Shown: positions 17,670-28,225, counted from the first letter of the stretch. The stretch: 64,000 bases of DNA from Promethearchaeota archaeon (GCA_019057795.1 JAHLWS010000049.1:64001-128000), one strand, 5' to 3'. Translations and numbers: made by a program. The notes: a model not told the origin generated them from the letters alone.

Positions 17670-18218
17670 TTATTGATCCTTATATTTTTCATAAAGGGTT
17701 TTTATAATTGCTTGAAATGCTTCATAAACTCCAGTCCCTGTTTTTGCGCTGGTTTTGTAATATCCTAGAAAACTCTTTTCATTAGTTAGCTTTTCAACCT
17801 TGCTATCATCAAATGATTCTTTGCTCACTAAATCAATCTTGTTACCGAATAATACAATTGGAATATCTCCACAATATTTTTTAATATCATCATGCCATTC
17901 TGAGATGCTAGAAAAGCTTTTTTCTTCTTCTTCCGGCGCATGAGAAAAAACTATGATTGCGGCTTTACTTCCCTTGTAAAATGTAGGCCTCATAAAGGAA
18001 AACTCGGATTGACCTGCTATATCCCAAAAGAATAATTTAACGTGGCTATTATCAATTTTCTCGTCATATTTCGAAAATTGCGCGCCTAAAGTTTTTATAT
18101 ATTCTTTTTTAAAACTGCCTTTTGTGTATTTTTTGATTAAGGATGTTTTTCCGACAGCACCTTCACCTATCACTGTTATCTTAAACACGAAATCCTTTCT
18201 TTCATCACTTTCTTTCAT
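17670..18218 (-). CDS. Rab-like small GTPase
   Basis: GEGAVGKTS, WDIAGQ, GNKID, TSAK. Confidence 0.95.
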   Translation of the reverse strand: MKESDERKDFVFKITVIGEGAVGKTSLIKKYTKGSFKKEYIKTLGAQFSKYDEKIDNSHVKLFFWDIAGQSEFSFMRPTFYKGSKAAIIVFSHAPEEEEKSFSSISEWHDDIKKYCGDIPIVLFGNKIDLVSKESFDDSKVEKLTNEKSFLGYYKTSAKTGTGVYEAFQAIIKTLYEKYKDQ

Positions 18219-18403
18219 AGAATCACATCACAATTTTTGTTTTGTATCTCTATTTATTTCTTCTTAACTACTTTAAAATATAAATTATAAATATTGTTTT
18301 TTATTTATATTGCTTTTTATTATACAATGAATTGTTATAAATCTTCCAGTTTCTTACAATATTAACCAGAAAAAATAACTTATAAAATAGTGATAGAAAA
18401 ATA

Positions 18404-18880
18404 ATGGTAATTTTCGATATTGTCAAAGAAATTGTCGTTAAGTTTACAAAGAATAATATTAAATTAGCAATTGCTGAATCGTGTACAGGAGGGTATATTT
18501 CAAACGCAATAACTAATATTTCTGGCGCTTCTAAAGTATTTGAACGTGGAATCATCTGTTATAGCAATAATTCTAAAATTGATCTTTTAAATGTTGATCC
18601 CGGTAGGATTGATAAATTTGGAGCAGTGTCAGAAATAGTAGCAAAACAATTGGCGTATAACATTAGAGTCCTTTCAAATGTTGACATAGGAATAGGGATT
18701 ACCGGTATCGCAGGACCTACTGGCGGTACAGCTGAAAAACCTGTAGGCTTAGTTTTTATTGGTTTTTCATCTGAAAAGGACACTATTGTGGAAAAGCATC
18801 AATTTAAGGCGGAAAGAATTACATTTAAAGAAAAAGTTTTAGAAAAAGTTCTTTCTTGGCTTCAAAATTTCTCCTTATGA
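18404..18880 (+). CDS. CinA C-terminal domain / NMN deamidase (PncC-like)
   Basis: AESCTGG, GAVS, ITGIAGPTGG..KPVG. Confidence 0.92.
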   Translation: MVIFDIVKEIVVKFTKNNIKLAIAESCTGGYISNAITNISGASKVFERGIICYSNNSKIDLLNVDPGRIDKFGAVSEIVAKQLAYNIRVLSNVDIGIGITGIAGPTGGTAEKPVGLVFIGFSSEKDTIVEKHQFKAERITFKEKVLEKVLSWLQNFSL

Positions 18881-19047
18881 GACAACACTTTTTTCTCTAA
18901 TTTTCAAATTTTCATATTTTTTTATAGATTGAGTAAAAAAGAATGAGTAAGTAAAAAAAAATACTGAACTTATTTGAATGGAGTTATTAAAGAATAATAA
19001 TTAATGTCTTTGTTTTCGATAACGCCTTTATATTTTTTGAAAAAAAA

Positions 19048-20238
19048 TTAAGCACTGTTGATTAATTTGCCTTTTTCCATAATAAGTTTTTTTGTGCCAT
19101 CTTTATATTCAACTGTAATATTAGCTTGTGGAGCTGTAACAAAATCCCAGTGCATTTGAGAAACCGAGGTCCCTCCCATCATTTTATTCCCCCCAAAAGC
19201 AACATGTACGCTTCCATTTATTTTTTCATCTGTAAGAATGTACCCGATCGCCTTTGTTATTGTCGGATTGCAGCCGATCCCGAGTTCTGCAACATTGTAT
19301 GTGCGTAATTCAGCTAAATTCTTTTCCTTATCTATTTTTTCACTTTGTTTAAATGTAGCGATTAACTCATCCAAGTTCTCATCAGCAGTAACTTTATCGA
19401 TTAATAGTCTTCCATTCTTAAAAATTAGTTCGATATTTCTTATGATTTTATTACTAAACCTATCTTTAGTTAAAGGGCAAAAGATCGTTCCTTCGCCCTG
19501 TTTTTCGTGAGGTGGAAAGAAAACCTCTCCTGCAGGTAAATTCCCTCCCAAATCTCCTTTAGCAATCTGTTCGTCTGATAATAACCCATCATCGAGGACG
19601 ATTACGCGGTCTTCTATCGAAACCCAGAAGTTAGTTCCCAAATCATCAGTAACGTGAACTTTTCTCGCGTTTTTAAAGTTTTTAGATAAGTTTGAAGTGA
19701 TTTGTTGTAGATCTTTCTGAGGAACACTTATTCCACCCACGATAAATTTTTCAAGTAAATCATAACTTATATTATAAAAAGATGCTGCTTTTTGGGAAGG
19801 CCAACCAGCATAGCACCATTTTTTTCCTGGAGCAAACTCTTCTTTAGCTCCATAGAGGACATCTTTAATAGGAGCAAGAGCTTTAGCTCTAGCTAGCATT
19901 TTCTCTCTAGGTACTTCGTTTAAAATCGATGGGTCTTCGTAAGTTTCAATAACGATATAAGCGTCTATGTTTTCGATTAACTTCAAATAATGTTTGGGCG
20001 TAATTGCTAGAATTTCGCTTGAAATTTTTTTATCAAGGAAGAAAGTTTCTGTAAAACGATCGCTTGTGGACGAAATATGAGGAATTCCCCCTTTTCTATA
20101 CACATTTAACGCAATTTCCTCTAATAAATCTTGACTATAAATGCCTCCTTTGATGAAAACACATTCCCCTTTCTTTTTTATGTTAATACTATTAACAATA
20201 TTTTCTGCGCAAAGTTCTACTTTTTCTCTATCGATCAT
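19048..20238 (-). CDS. M29 (AmpS/PepS, thermophilic) aminopeptidase; true start probably 20238
   Basis: NLPAGEVF, AELGIGCN, DEK..GSVHVAFG, HWD; upstream ORF extension overlaps the divergent gene's promoter. Confidence 0.88.
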   Translation of the reverse strand: MIDREKVELCAENIVNSINIKKKGECVFIKGGIYSQDLLEEIALNVYRKGGIPHISSTSDRFTETFFLDKKISSEILAITPKHYLKLIENIDAYIVIETYEDPSILNEVPREKMLARAKALAPIKDVLYGAKEEFAPGKKWCYAGWPSQKAASFYNISYDLLEKFIVGGISVPQKDLQQITSNLSKNFKNARKVHVTDDLGTNFWVSIEDRVIVLDDGLLSDEQIAKGDLGGNLPAGEVFFPPHEKQGEGTIFCPLTKDRFSNKIIRNIELIFKNGRLLIDKVTADENLDELIATFKQSEKIDKEKNLAELRTYNVAELGIGCNPTITKAIGYILTDEKINGSVHVAFGGNKMMGGTSVSQMHWDFVTAPQANITVEYKDGTKKLIMEKGKLINSA

Positions 20239-20426
20239 ATTTGAATTAATTTTACATATATTATTAATTTTCAATTTTACACTATGTCTAATAGTAAAGC
20301 ATATAATGAGAAACTGAAAAAATAAGTTTACAATGAATTTATTATTCATAATTGTTATATTTAAAATATCGGAACAACGAATTGTTAATAAGGTCAGAGA
20401 ATAATACACATAAAATAATAAAAATA

Positions 20427-20891
20427 ATGGTTATACGGGAAGCAGGCTTGTTATTTCGTGGATTTACATTGGTGAAAAAAAGTTATCACAAAACTACTTT
20501 AGGAAAAATCGATGCCGATCTAAGAAGTGGCTTGCTTACAGCACTCTTGAATTTTGCAGAGATTGCATTTGCTACAGGTGCTGTAGAATATTTTGAAGGA
20601 AATAAATTTACTTTAGCTTTTTTTAACGAAAAAATTTTAGCAGAAGATAGTATCGAGCCCGAGCTTTTAGTTTCGTATGCAATTATTGATAAACAGAAAA
20701 AAATAGATAAATATGTTTACAAAATCGTCCACCCTCTATTGATTAAAGTTGCTAATGAATTCAAAGCTCAAAACGAGGGAAAAAATTTATCAGAAATCTC
20801 TCAATTTAAGATCTTTAAGAAGAATCTTGATGAAATTTTTGGATCTAATACGAAAAATATTGATCAAAAACTAAAAGGATTATTTTATTAA
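20427..20891 (+). CDS. Longin/roadblock-like domain protein
   Basis: MVIREAGLL..., DADLRSGLLTALLNFAE longin-type helix. Confidence 0.6.
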   Translation: MVIREAGLLFRGFTLVKKSYHKTTLGKIDADLRSGLLTALLNFAEIAFATGAVEYFEGNKFTLAFFNEKILAEDSIEPELLVSYAIIDKQKKIDKYVYKIVHPLLIKVANEFKAQNEGKNLSEISQFKIFKKNLDEIFGSNTKNIDQKLKGLFY

Positions 20892-20924
20892 AAAGTATAA
20901 TAATTCAAGTAATATTTTAAGATG

Positions 20925-21875
20925 TTAACTATTTTTCTTTGATTTTTTTAAAAACCATAATATTAATGGTAATGCAATCGTTGCATCTGAGATAACCGTT
21001 GAAAACTTCGCTTCTTGACTTACTTTTCCCCAAGATATTGCTTCTTGAAAAGTTGCTCCACTAAGACCGCCTTGTTCTGGGCGATCCATTGTTATTTGAA
21101 TTGCGTACTTCGCGGAATTAGGACAAAATTGCAATGATTGCAAAATAAAATTCTTAGGAACACCTCCACCAATAATACAAACGCCCGCTTGTTTAGCATC
21201 CCAAGCTAGATCAACCATCTTTAACATGTCTTTAAAGTGGTTAAGATTTAAATTTTGGTGATGAAATCCTAACTGTAAAGCCAAACCTGAATCCGTAAAA
21301 GCGGGACAAAATATTGGGACATTTTTTTTTGCACAGATTTTTAAAATAGAATTTTCATTATCAGGTAATTGGTCTCCAAGGAGCTTTAAAAAAGAACTAA
21401 CAGGCATATTTTCGTCAGGAATATCTAAATTTGATACGTAATCTTCAATACCTTCATAAACCTTATTCGGTAAATATACATCGTAGATTCTGTTTAAATC
21501 TTGTTTATGTAATTCATAATCATCAATCTTTACTTCCCCTTGTAAATGATGATATCCTAATGTTTCGGCAATATCATGAGTTAAAGAAGCGCCAGTAGTA
21601 ACAAGAATGTCAATAAAGCCTTCTTCAACGAAGTCGTGAATAACTCTTTGCATTCCTGCAGGAACTAAAGCCCCTGCAAGACCAAAAAATTTAATACATT
21701 TTTTATCCTCAATCATCTCCTTGTAAATTTCACAAGCTAAAGCTAAACGCTTAGCGTTAAATCCTGTATCTTTTAATGACTGAATAAGATCGACAATATC
21801 ATCATTCTCATCGATTTTGAATTGATTTACATTTTTCAACTTCTTTTTTATATTTTCATTTGGCATAATCATCAA
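20925..21875 (-). CDS. dys: Deoxyhypusine synthase
   Basis: TTGASLTHD, PAFTDS, GGGVPKNF, GGLSGAT..EAISWGK, DATIALP. Confidence 0.95.
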   Translation of the reverse strand: MMIMPNENIKKKLKNVNQFKIDENDDIVDLIQSLKDTGFNAKRLALACEIYKEMIEDKKCIKFFGLAGALVPAGMQRVIHDFVEEGFIDILVTTGASLTHDIAETLGYHHLQGEVKIDDYELHKQDLNRIYDVYLPNKVYEGIEDYVSNLDIPDENMPVSSFLKLLGDQLPDNENSILKICAKKNVPIFCPAFTDSGLALQLGFHHQNLNLNHFKDMLKMVDLAWDAKQAGVCIIGGGVPKNFILQSLQFCPNSAKYAIQITMDRPEQGGLSGATFQEAISWGKVSQEAKFSTVISDATIALPLILWFLKKSKKNS

Positions 21876-22779
21876 TTTTATGTTTGTTATGAATAAAAGA
21901 AATTAATTCTATTATTAACTTAGCCGCTAAATTAGCTGTCACATTATTTAACAAATCTAAATTTGGACAAACTTCAACTAAATCAAAGGCAATAACATCA
22001 AAGTTTTTAGCCAATTTTCTTAATATTTTCCATAGTTCTCGATAAGTAAAGCCTCCAGGAATAGCATACCCTGTTCCCGGTGCTATAGAAGGGTCTAACA
22101 CATCGATATCAATCGAAATATATATCTGTTTTATATGGGAATTTTCAAAAAAATCAATAATATTATCCGTAAATTTGTCAATACCGAAATCATGGAGTAG
22201 GTAAGCGTTAAAATGAACAAGATCTTCCTTTTTTGCAAAATCTAATTCAGGGATATCTATATCCCTCGTTCCAACAATAAGCATATTATATTTATTAATA
22301 AAAGTTAATTCGTATAAACGACGGGAGATTGTAGCGTGAGAGTACAACCTTTTATCCCATTCTTTATATAAATCGAGGTGAGCGTCAAAAATTAAAACGC
22401 CAAATTCATTCTTATTTTCAAAAGAATCTGCCAAAGCTTTTACAACAGGAAAGGTGCAAAAATGGTCACCGCCTATCATTATTGGAACGACATCCTTTTT
22501 TTGACGGAAAATCAAACCTATAAATTTTTTAATTTCCTCAAGACTTTTATTAACATTAGTAGGTTCAATCGATACATTTCCTATATCAACAACTTTTAAC
22601 TTAGGTATTTCAACGCCCATTTCGGTTGTTAATGCTAAATTTGATGTAATTTCTCGAATTTTTTGAGGGGCAATGGCAGAATTAGCAGCCTTAAGAGAAG
22701 TTAAGTAGTTCCAGGGGATTCCAAAAATTACGAATCTAGTATCATTATCAATAGTCTCACCAAAATCATAAAAAGCCAT
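21856..22779 (-). CDS. speB: Agmatinase (ureohydrolase family)
   Basis: GGDH, DAHLD, SHAT, SIDIDVLDP..APGTG, DLVEV. Confidence 0.88.
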   Translation of the reverse strand: MAFYDFGETIDNDTRFVIFGIPWNYLTSLKAANSAIAPQKIREITSNLALTTEMGVEIPKLKVVDIGNVSIEPTNVNKSLEEIKKFIGLIFRQKKDVVPIMIGGDHFCTFPVVKALADSFENKNEFGVLIFDAHLDLYKEWDKRLYSHATISRRLYELTFINKYNMLIVGTRDIDIPELDFAKKEDLVHFNAYLLHDFGIDKFTDNIIDFFENSHIKQIYISIDIDVLDPSIAPGTGYAIPGGFTYRELWKILRKLAKNFDVIAFDLVEVCPNLDLLNNVTANLAAKLIIELISFIHNKHKIDDYAK

Positions 22780-22805
22780 GATCCAATCCTTCTCGTCTTA
22801 GTTTG

Positions 22806-24527
22806 TTACATTTGATTTAACGTATCTATTCCCAATATATCTAATCCAATTTTGATGACGATTTGAACACATCTAATTAATAGTAACCTCGTTTTTTCTA
22901 AATCTTTATTATCAGATAAAACTTGGCAAGAAGTATAAAAAGAATTAAACGCTTGACATAAAGTTAAAAGGTATTGTGGGATTAAATGAATGTTATAATT
23001 TCTTGTTATGGAACCTAACATCTCTGGAAAATAAATTAATTGTTTAACTAAGGAGATTTCTTTTTCGTGTTTTATTAAGTCCCATTTTACATTTAAGTCA
23101 ATTGATTCTTTTGATTTCGTAATTATCGATTCAATTCTTGCGTAACAGTATTGAATGTAAGGTCCTGTTTCACCTTCAAACGAAATGCTTTGTTTAGGAT
23201 TAAAAATAAAATCCGATTTAGGGTTAAATTTCAAAATGAAAAAGGATAGCGCCGCCATACCAATAGATTTAGCTCTTTCTTTTTTTTTCTCTTCTGTAAG
23301 CTCTGGATATCTTTTATTTATCTCTTCATAAGCCAGTAATTGAATTTTAGCAATTATTTCATCCGCATCGACTACTGTTCCTTCCCGGCTTTTCATTTTT
23401 CCTTCTGGTAAATAAATCATTCCATACGACAAGTGAAATTTATCTTCCTTAAATCCGATCATATCCAAAACAGCAAATAACTGTTTAAAATATAAATCCT
23501 GTTCATTTCCCACTACATAAATGGATTTGTCGTAATTGAAATCTTCTTTTTTTTGGAAGGCTAAGTAAATATCTTGGGTAATGTACAAAGATGTCCCATC
23601 ATTTCTCAACAAGATTTTATCTGGCAAATTAAACTTTTTTTTTAGGTTAGCTATAATCGCTCCGTTTTCAGTTTTACTGAAAATGTCTTTATCTAAGCAT
23701 TTAAGGACTATATCTTTACCCTTCCAATAAATATCCGATTCAAAATACTCTTTATCAAACGATATATTTAATTTTTTGTAAGTTTCCTTAAAACCCTTAA
23801 TTGCCCAACTATTCATTTTTTTCCATAATGCTCTGACCTCAAGATCATTTTCTTCCCATAACCTAAGCAGGTTGTAGACTTCTTCTATTAACTTATCGTC
23901 TTCTTTTTCCATTTGATTATATTTAACGTAAAATTCTCCTACGAAGTGATCGGATTTTATGTTTGGCTCTTTTTTATTCCCCCACTTTTTGTAAGCGAAC
24001 ATAGATTTGCATATGTGGATTCCTCTATCATTATTTAGATTCACCTCGAAAACAAGTTCTCCTTTATATTTCAAAAGGTTTGAGAGAGAACGGCTTATTA
24101 ACATATTACGGATGTGTCCTAAGTGAAGTGGTTTATTTGTATTTGGTGCGGGGTATTCTATTACGATTCTCAACGGATCTGATTTACCTTTGCCCAATTT
24201 TTCATAGATTCTTCCGTAATCTTCTTGAAGTTTAAAAATTCCCTGTAAAACTACCTGTGGTCTTACTTTAAAATTTAAATAAGGTCCAGTCGCTTCTATG
24301 ATTTCTAAATAATCAGCTAATTTTATTCTCTTTTTTAACTCCTTTGCTATGATGTTGGGCGCTTTTTTTTCAAATTTTGCCAGCTGAAAACAAGGAAATG
24401 CATAGGAAAAATCAAAATCTGGAGGAGGTATCTCAATTAAATTCTCAATTTCAGTTATTGAAAGATTTGTAATATATTTAGCTAAAAATTCCGCAATTGT
24501 TTTTTTATCGACGATAATCATTTTCAA
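22806..24527 (-). CDS. argS: Arginyl-tRNA synthetase
   Basis: PNTNKPLHLGH, GKMKSREG, GETGPYIQY. Confidence 0.96.
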   Translation of the reverse strand: MKMIIVDKKTIAEFLAKYITNLSITEIENLIEIPPPDFDFSYAFPCFQLAKFEKKAPNIIAKELKKRIKLADYLEIIEATGPYLNFKVRPQVVLQGIFKLQEDYGRIYEKLGKGKSDPLRIVIEYPAPNTNKPLHLGHIRNMLISRSLSNLLKYKGELVFEVNLNNDRGIHICKSMFAYKKWGNKKEPNIKSDHFVGEFYVKYNQMEKEDDKLIEEVYNLLRLWEENDLEVRALWKKMNSWAIKGFKETYKKLNISFDKEYFESDIYWKGKDIVLKCLDKDIFSKTENGAIIANLKKKFNLPDKILLRNDGTSLYITQDIYLAFQKKEDFNYDKSIYVVGNEQDLYFKQLFAVLDMIGFKEDKFHLSYGMIYLPEGKMKSREGTVVDADEIIAKIQLLAYEEINKRYPELTEEKKKERAKSIGMAALSFFILKFNPKSDFIFNPKQSISFEGETGPYIQYCYARIESIITKSKESIDLNVKWDLIKHEKEISLVKQLIYFPEMLGSITRNYNIHLIPQYLLTLCQAFNSFYTSCQVLSDNKDLEKTRLLLIRCVQIVIKIGLDILGIDTLNQM

Positions 24528-24628
24528 TTACGTTAGAATCTCATATATTTTAATTATTTACTATTTATTTATTTATTATTAGCTCATAAAATTTTTGATA
24601 TTCTAATAATAGAAAAGTTGATTCATGT

Positions 24629-25834
24629 ATGTCATTTGAACAAGATGCTAAGAGAAATTTTCCTAAATGGCCGATATATGACGACAAAGAGATAAACGCC
24701 TTAAAGAATGTAATAAAATCTGGCGATTGGTGGTGTGGTGCTCCAGGTACCCACCAAGGTGAGAATGTTTGGGCGTTTCAAGTAGAATTTGCTAGATTTC
24801 AAGAAGCAAAGTATTGTGTAGCAGTATGTAATGGAACGGTAGCCATAGAAGCGGCACTAATGGGATTTAAAATTGGTTTAGGTGATGAAGTTATTGTTTC
24901 AGATTACACCTTTGTTGCATCAGCATCAGCAGTAATAGCTACAAACGCAGTTCCAGTATTCTGTGATATAGATCCAGAAACCCTTGTTATGGACGTGAAT
25001 AAAGTCGAGAGTCTCATCACTCAAAGAACTAAAGCAATTATAACCGTTCATTTAGGTGGTAATCCCGTCGAAATGGATAAATTAACGGAAATATCTTCAA
25101 AAAACAACCTATATGTTATTGAAGATTGCGCACACGCACACGGTTCTAGATTTAAAGGAAAAAGACTAGGTAACTGGGGAGACGCAGGAGCATTTAGTTT
25201 CCAAGCTTCGAAAGTTTTAACAAGTGGTGAAGGTGGGGCAATAATCTCTAATTCCAAGGAATTAGCAGATAATATTTATTCTTACACTGATTGTGGTAGG
25301 AAAAAGAACGCTTACTTCTACAAACATTTTAGTTATGGTACAAATTATAGGATGACTGAATATCAGGCAGCGGTGCTTAGAACCCAGTTAGAAAAATTTC
25401 CCTCTCAACATAAACTAAGAAACGAGAATGCTAATTACTTAATGAATAAGTTAAATGAGATTGATGGGATTAAAACTATGAAATTAACCCCTGGTACAAC
25501 AGAACTTGGGTGGTATGTTTTTCCAATAGTATTTGAACCAGAAAAATTTAGTGGTCTTAACAAGGTGGAATTTTATAAAAAGTTGAATAGAAATGGCATA
25601 CCTACTGATAATTGTTACCCACCATTACATAGCTTAGATTGTTTTAAAAAAGTAAATTTAAAAAAAGGAATTGACTATTCTAAAGCTAATTGGGGTGGAG
25701 AGAAAAGCGATGATAAAAATTTCCCCGTTGTTTCAAGTATTTATTCAAGAAGCATAGAATTTCCACAAGAAATGTTATTAGCTTCCAAAGAAAAGTTAGA
25801 TGGCGTAGTAGAATTTATAAAATCTTTAAAGTGA
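24629..25834 (+). CDS. DegT/DnrJ-family aminotransferase (RifK/BtrR-like subtype)
   Basis: NGTVA, EDCAHAHG, SFQASKVLTSGEGG, NYRMTEYQAA. Confidence 0.9.
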   Translation: MSFEQDAKRNFPKWPIYDDKEINALKNVIKSGDWWCGAPGTHQGENVWAFQVEFARFQEAKYCVAVCNGTVAIEAALMGFKIGLGDEVIVSDYTFVASASAVIATNAVPVFCDIDPETLVMDVNKVESLITQRTKAIITVHLGGNPVEMDKLTEISSKNNLYVIEDCAHAHGSRFKGKRLGNWGDAGAFSFQASKVLTSGEGGAIISNSKELADNIYSYTDCGRKKNAYFYKHFSYGTNYRMTEYQAAVLRTQLEKFPSQHKLRNENANYLMNKLNEIDGIKTMKLTPGTTELGWYVFPIVFEPEKFSGLNKVEFYKKLNRNGIPTDNCYPPLHSLDCFKKVNLKKGIDYSKANWGGEKSDDKNFPVVSSIYSRSIEFPQEMLLASKEKLDGVVEFIKSLK

Positions 25835-25853
25835 AGATGATAGAGTATTAAAC

Positions 25854-26897
25854 TTAACCAACTTCTTCTATTTTCCTAGACTTTGCACTTTTATACATTG
25901 TTTCGACAATTTTTAGAATTTTATAACCGTAATTGCCATCAGTCAGCGGTTTTTTATTATTTAACATGCAATCGATAAAATGCGCTATTTCTTGAGGGTA
26001 ACCAAAAGACCAAGCTTCAGCAGGAACGGGAAACGTCCAACCCTTTGTAGTTCCAGCTTTTTCTACAGCATACCCAAACCCTTTTTCGCTATAAACGCTC
26101 ATTAAATTAGAAAATGTTGGAGCAACTTTAACTTGTCCTTTAGTACCAAATAATTCAAATCTCATGTCGTAACCTCCTGGCGCGGTCCATGACTCTTCAA
26201 TTACTACTTGGGCGTCGTTTTCAAAGTATAGAACTCCTACAACGTTATCTTCGACTTCACACTTACCAAATTTACCCCGATCTGGTTGTATCGTTTTTAC
26301 TTGACAGTATACTTCTTTAACATCGCATCCAAGATACCAAACTAAACAAGCAATATCGTGTATTCCTAAATCTAATAAAGCACCGCCTCCTGAATCCTTT
26401 AACTTATAAAACCATGCAGAATGAGGTCCAGAATGTTGTTCTTTTCCACGACCCATGTAAATCTTTCCTAAAGCACCCTCCTCGACAATCTCTTTAACTT
26501 TACTAAATGAGGGGGCGTACATGTTATTTTCACAATAAAAGATTTTCCTGTTTGAAGATTTCTCGACATCTAACATCTTTTTTCCTTCATTGGTGTTTCT
26601 AGCTAAAGGTTTCTCTATAAGCGCGTGCTTTCCAGAATTTAAAATGTCAATGGCTATATCTTTATGTAAGTAGTTTGGTACACAAGCAGAAATTGCATCA
26701 CAATCGAGTTTCAATAAATTTTTGTAGTTTTTATGTGGATTACCAAGGATTCCATACCTATTCATAAGACTTTTGGCTTCATCTTCATTTATAGAAGAGA
26801 TTCCCACAATTTCTACATTTGGGAGCAATGAATAAGAATGACAATGATGTTCGGCAATAAAACCAGACCCAATGATTCCTACTTTAATTTTATCCAT
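25854..26897 (-). CDS. Gfo/Idh/MocA oxidoreductase
   Basis: GSGFIA, EKP, GGGALLDLGIH. Confidence 0.92.
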   Translation of the reverse strand: MDKIKVGIIGSGFIAEHHCHSYSLLPNVEIVGISSINEDEAKSLMNRYGILGNPHKNYKNLLKLDCDAISACVPNYLHKDIAIDILNSGKHALIEKPLARNTNEGKKMLDVEKSSNRKIFYCENNMYAPSFSKVKEIVEEGALGKIYMGRGKEQHSGPHSAWFYKLKDSGGGALLDLGIHDIACLVWYLGCDVKEVYCQVKTIQPDRGKFGKCEVEDNVVGVLYFENDAQVVIEESWTAPGGYDMRFELFGTKGQVKVAPTFSNLMSVYSEKGFGYAVEKAGTTKGWTFPVPAEAWSFGYPQEIAHFIDCMLNNKKPLTDGNYGYKILKIVETMYKSAKSRKIEEVG

Positions 26898-26967
26898 AAT
26901 TATACCATCTTGATAATTTAATCTTGATTTAATTTAACTTGTTCAAATTTAAAATTATAACTGTTTG

Positions 26968-28077
26968 TTATTCCCAAAATTCTAATGCTGAGTAGTATTT
27001 CTTAATTCCGGAAAAAGGACATGCCGCGATGCAATTTCCGCAATCTGAAGAGTTTTCGATCCAAAATTCAAAACATTTTTCCACATTTACGTAATATTTT
27101 TTAACACCTGAATTGTTTGAAATGTTTGGTGGTTCAAAACTAGGCCCTTTGTCCATTGTTATGGCATTGGTTTCACAAGCTTCAGCGCATTTATAGCAAT
27201 TTTTGCAAAATTTATCAACTTTTTTAATAAATTTTAGATTAGGTTCATCCGATATTAATGGAAGGTCTGTAAAAACTTTACAAATCCGCATTCTTGGTCC
27301 ATATTCGGGCGTAATTAATAATCCATTTCTACCTAAAGCTCCAAGCCCAGCATCGACTGCCAGTGGTATACTCAGTGCTGTATCATTACCACATTGGATT
27401 GCTCGATAACCTAAATTTCTAATAAATTCCCCGAGACACGAAATTACAAAAGCCATTTGTGAGTAAGCTATAGCAGATGCTGCGGCTGCGGGTTGAGCAG
27501 GAGAGGTAGAAACCGCGTTTTTATCCATTTCAATCCCCATGACAATAACTTTGTTTATACCTTCTGGTAAATTGATAGGGCTTTCTAATATTGAATTTTG
27601 GACATTTCCTTCTCTAATATCTTTTTTTGAGTCTGACTCGCTAGTTAATGGAGGTCGTATGAAACCTGTTTTATAAATCCATTTCTCATTAACATTAGCA
27701 ATTCCTACTAATGAAGCACCAAAAAATTTTGCAGCTTTTTTTACTTGCTGAGTAAAGTTTATAGGATTCTCTATTTTATATTTCGATTGCATCCAATTTT
27801 CTCCGTAATCTCCTCCTTCTGCTTTTTCTCGTTCCCAAGCAAAAGCAAAAGGAAACTTTTCGTATACTGTCCATCCAGCTGCAACTAACGCAAAATCAAT
27901 CCGAGAATATCCTTCCTTCTTTGAATTAATATGATGTTGTAAATTCTCATCAAACATTTTTCCGTAGGTTGTTAGTGTTTTGTCCCAAGTACGCCGGTAA
28001 AGTATATTATATTTTTCTTCAAATCTACGGTAAATGCTTTCTTTAATTTCATAAAAATTTTCTGTTCTTTTTTCCAT
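26968..28077 (-). CDS. Reductive dehalogenase (RdhA)-like cobalamin/2x[4Fe-4S] protein
   Basis: AKFFGASLVGI, PLAVDAGLG..GRNGLLITPEYGPR, CKNCYKCAEAC and C..FW...CGNCIAACPF. Confidence 0.85.
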   Translation of the reverse strand: MEKRTENFYEIKESIYRRFEEKYNILYRRTWDKTLTTYGKMFDENLQHHINSKKEGYSRIDFALVAAGWTVYEKFPFAFAWEREKAEGGDYGENWMQSKYKIENPINFTQQVKKAAKFFGASLVGIANVNEKWIYKTGFIRPPLTSESDSKKDIREGNVQNSILESPINLPEGINKVIVMGIEMDKNAVSTSPAQPAAAASAIAYSQMAFVISCLGEFIRNLGYRAIQCGNDTALSIPLAVDAGLGALGRNGLLITPEYGPRMRICKVFTDLPLISDEPNLKFIKKVDKFCKNCYKCAEACETNAITMDKGPSFEPPNISNNSGVKKYYVNVEKCFEFWIENSSDCGNCIAACPFSGIKKYYSALEFWE

Positions 28078-28225
28078 TTGAACCCTTTCTCTTCACTTAT
28101 TTTATGCCAAATTCTTTTTTCAATTATTCTCTCTTAAAAAGAAAATAGTCCTTTAAATATTAGTTTAAAGCAAGAAATAAAATTTTTAATATAAATTTAT
28201 AAGTTAAAGTATAATAATTTTCACT

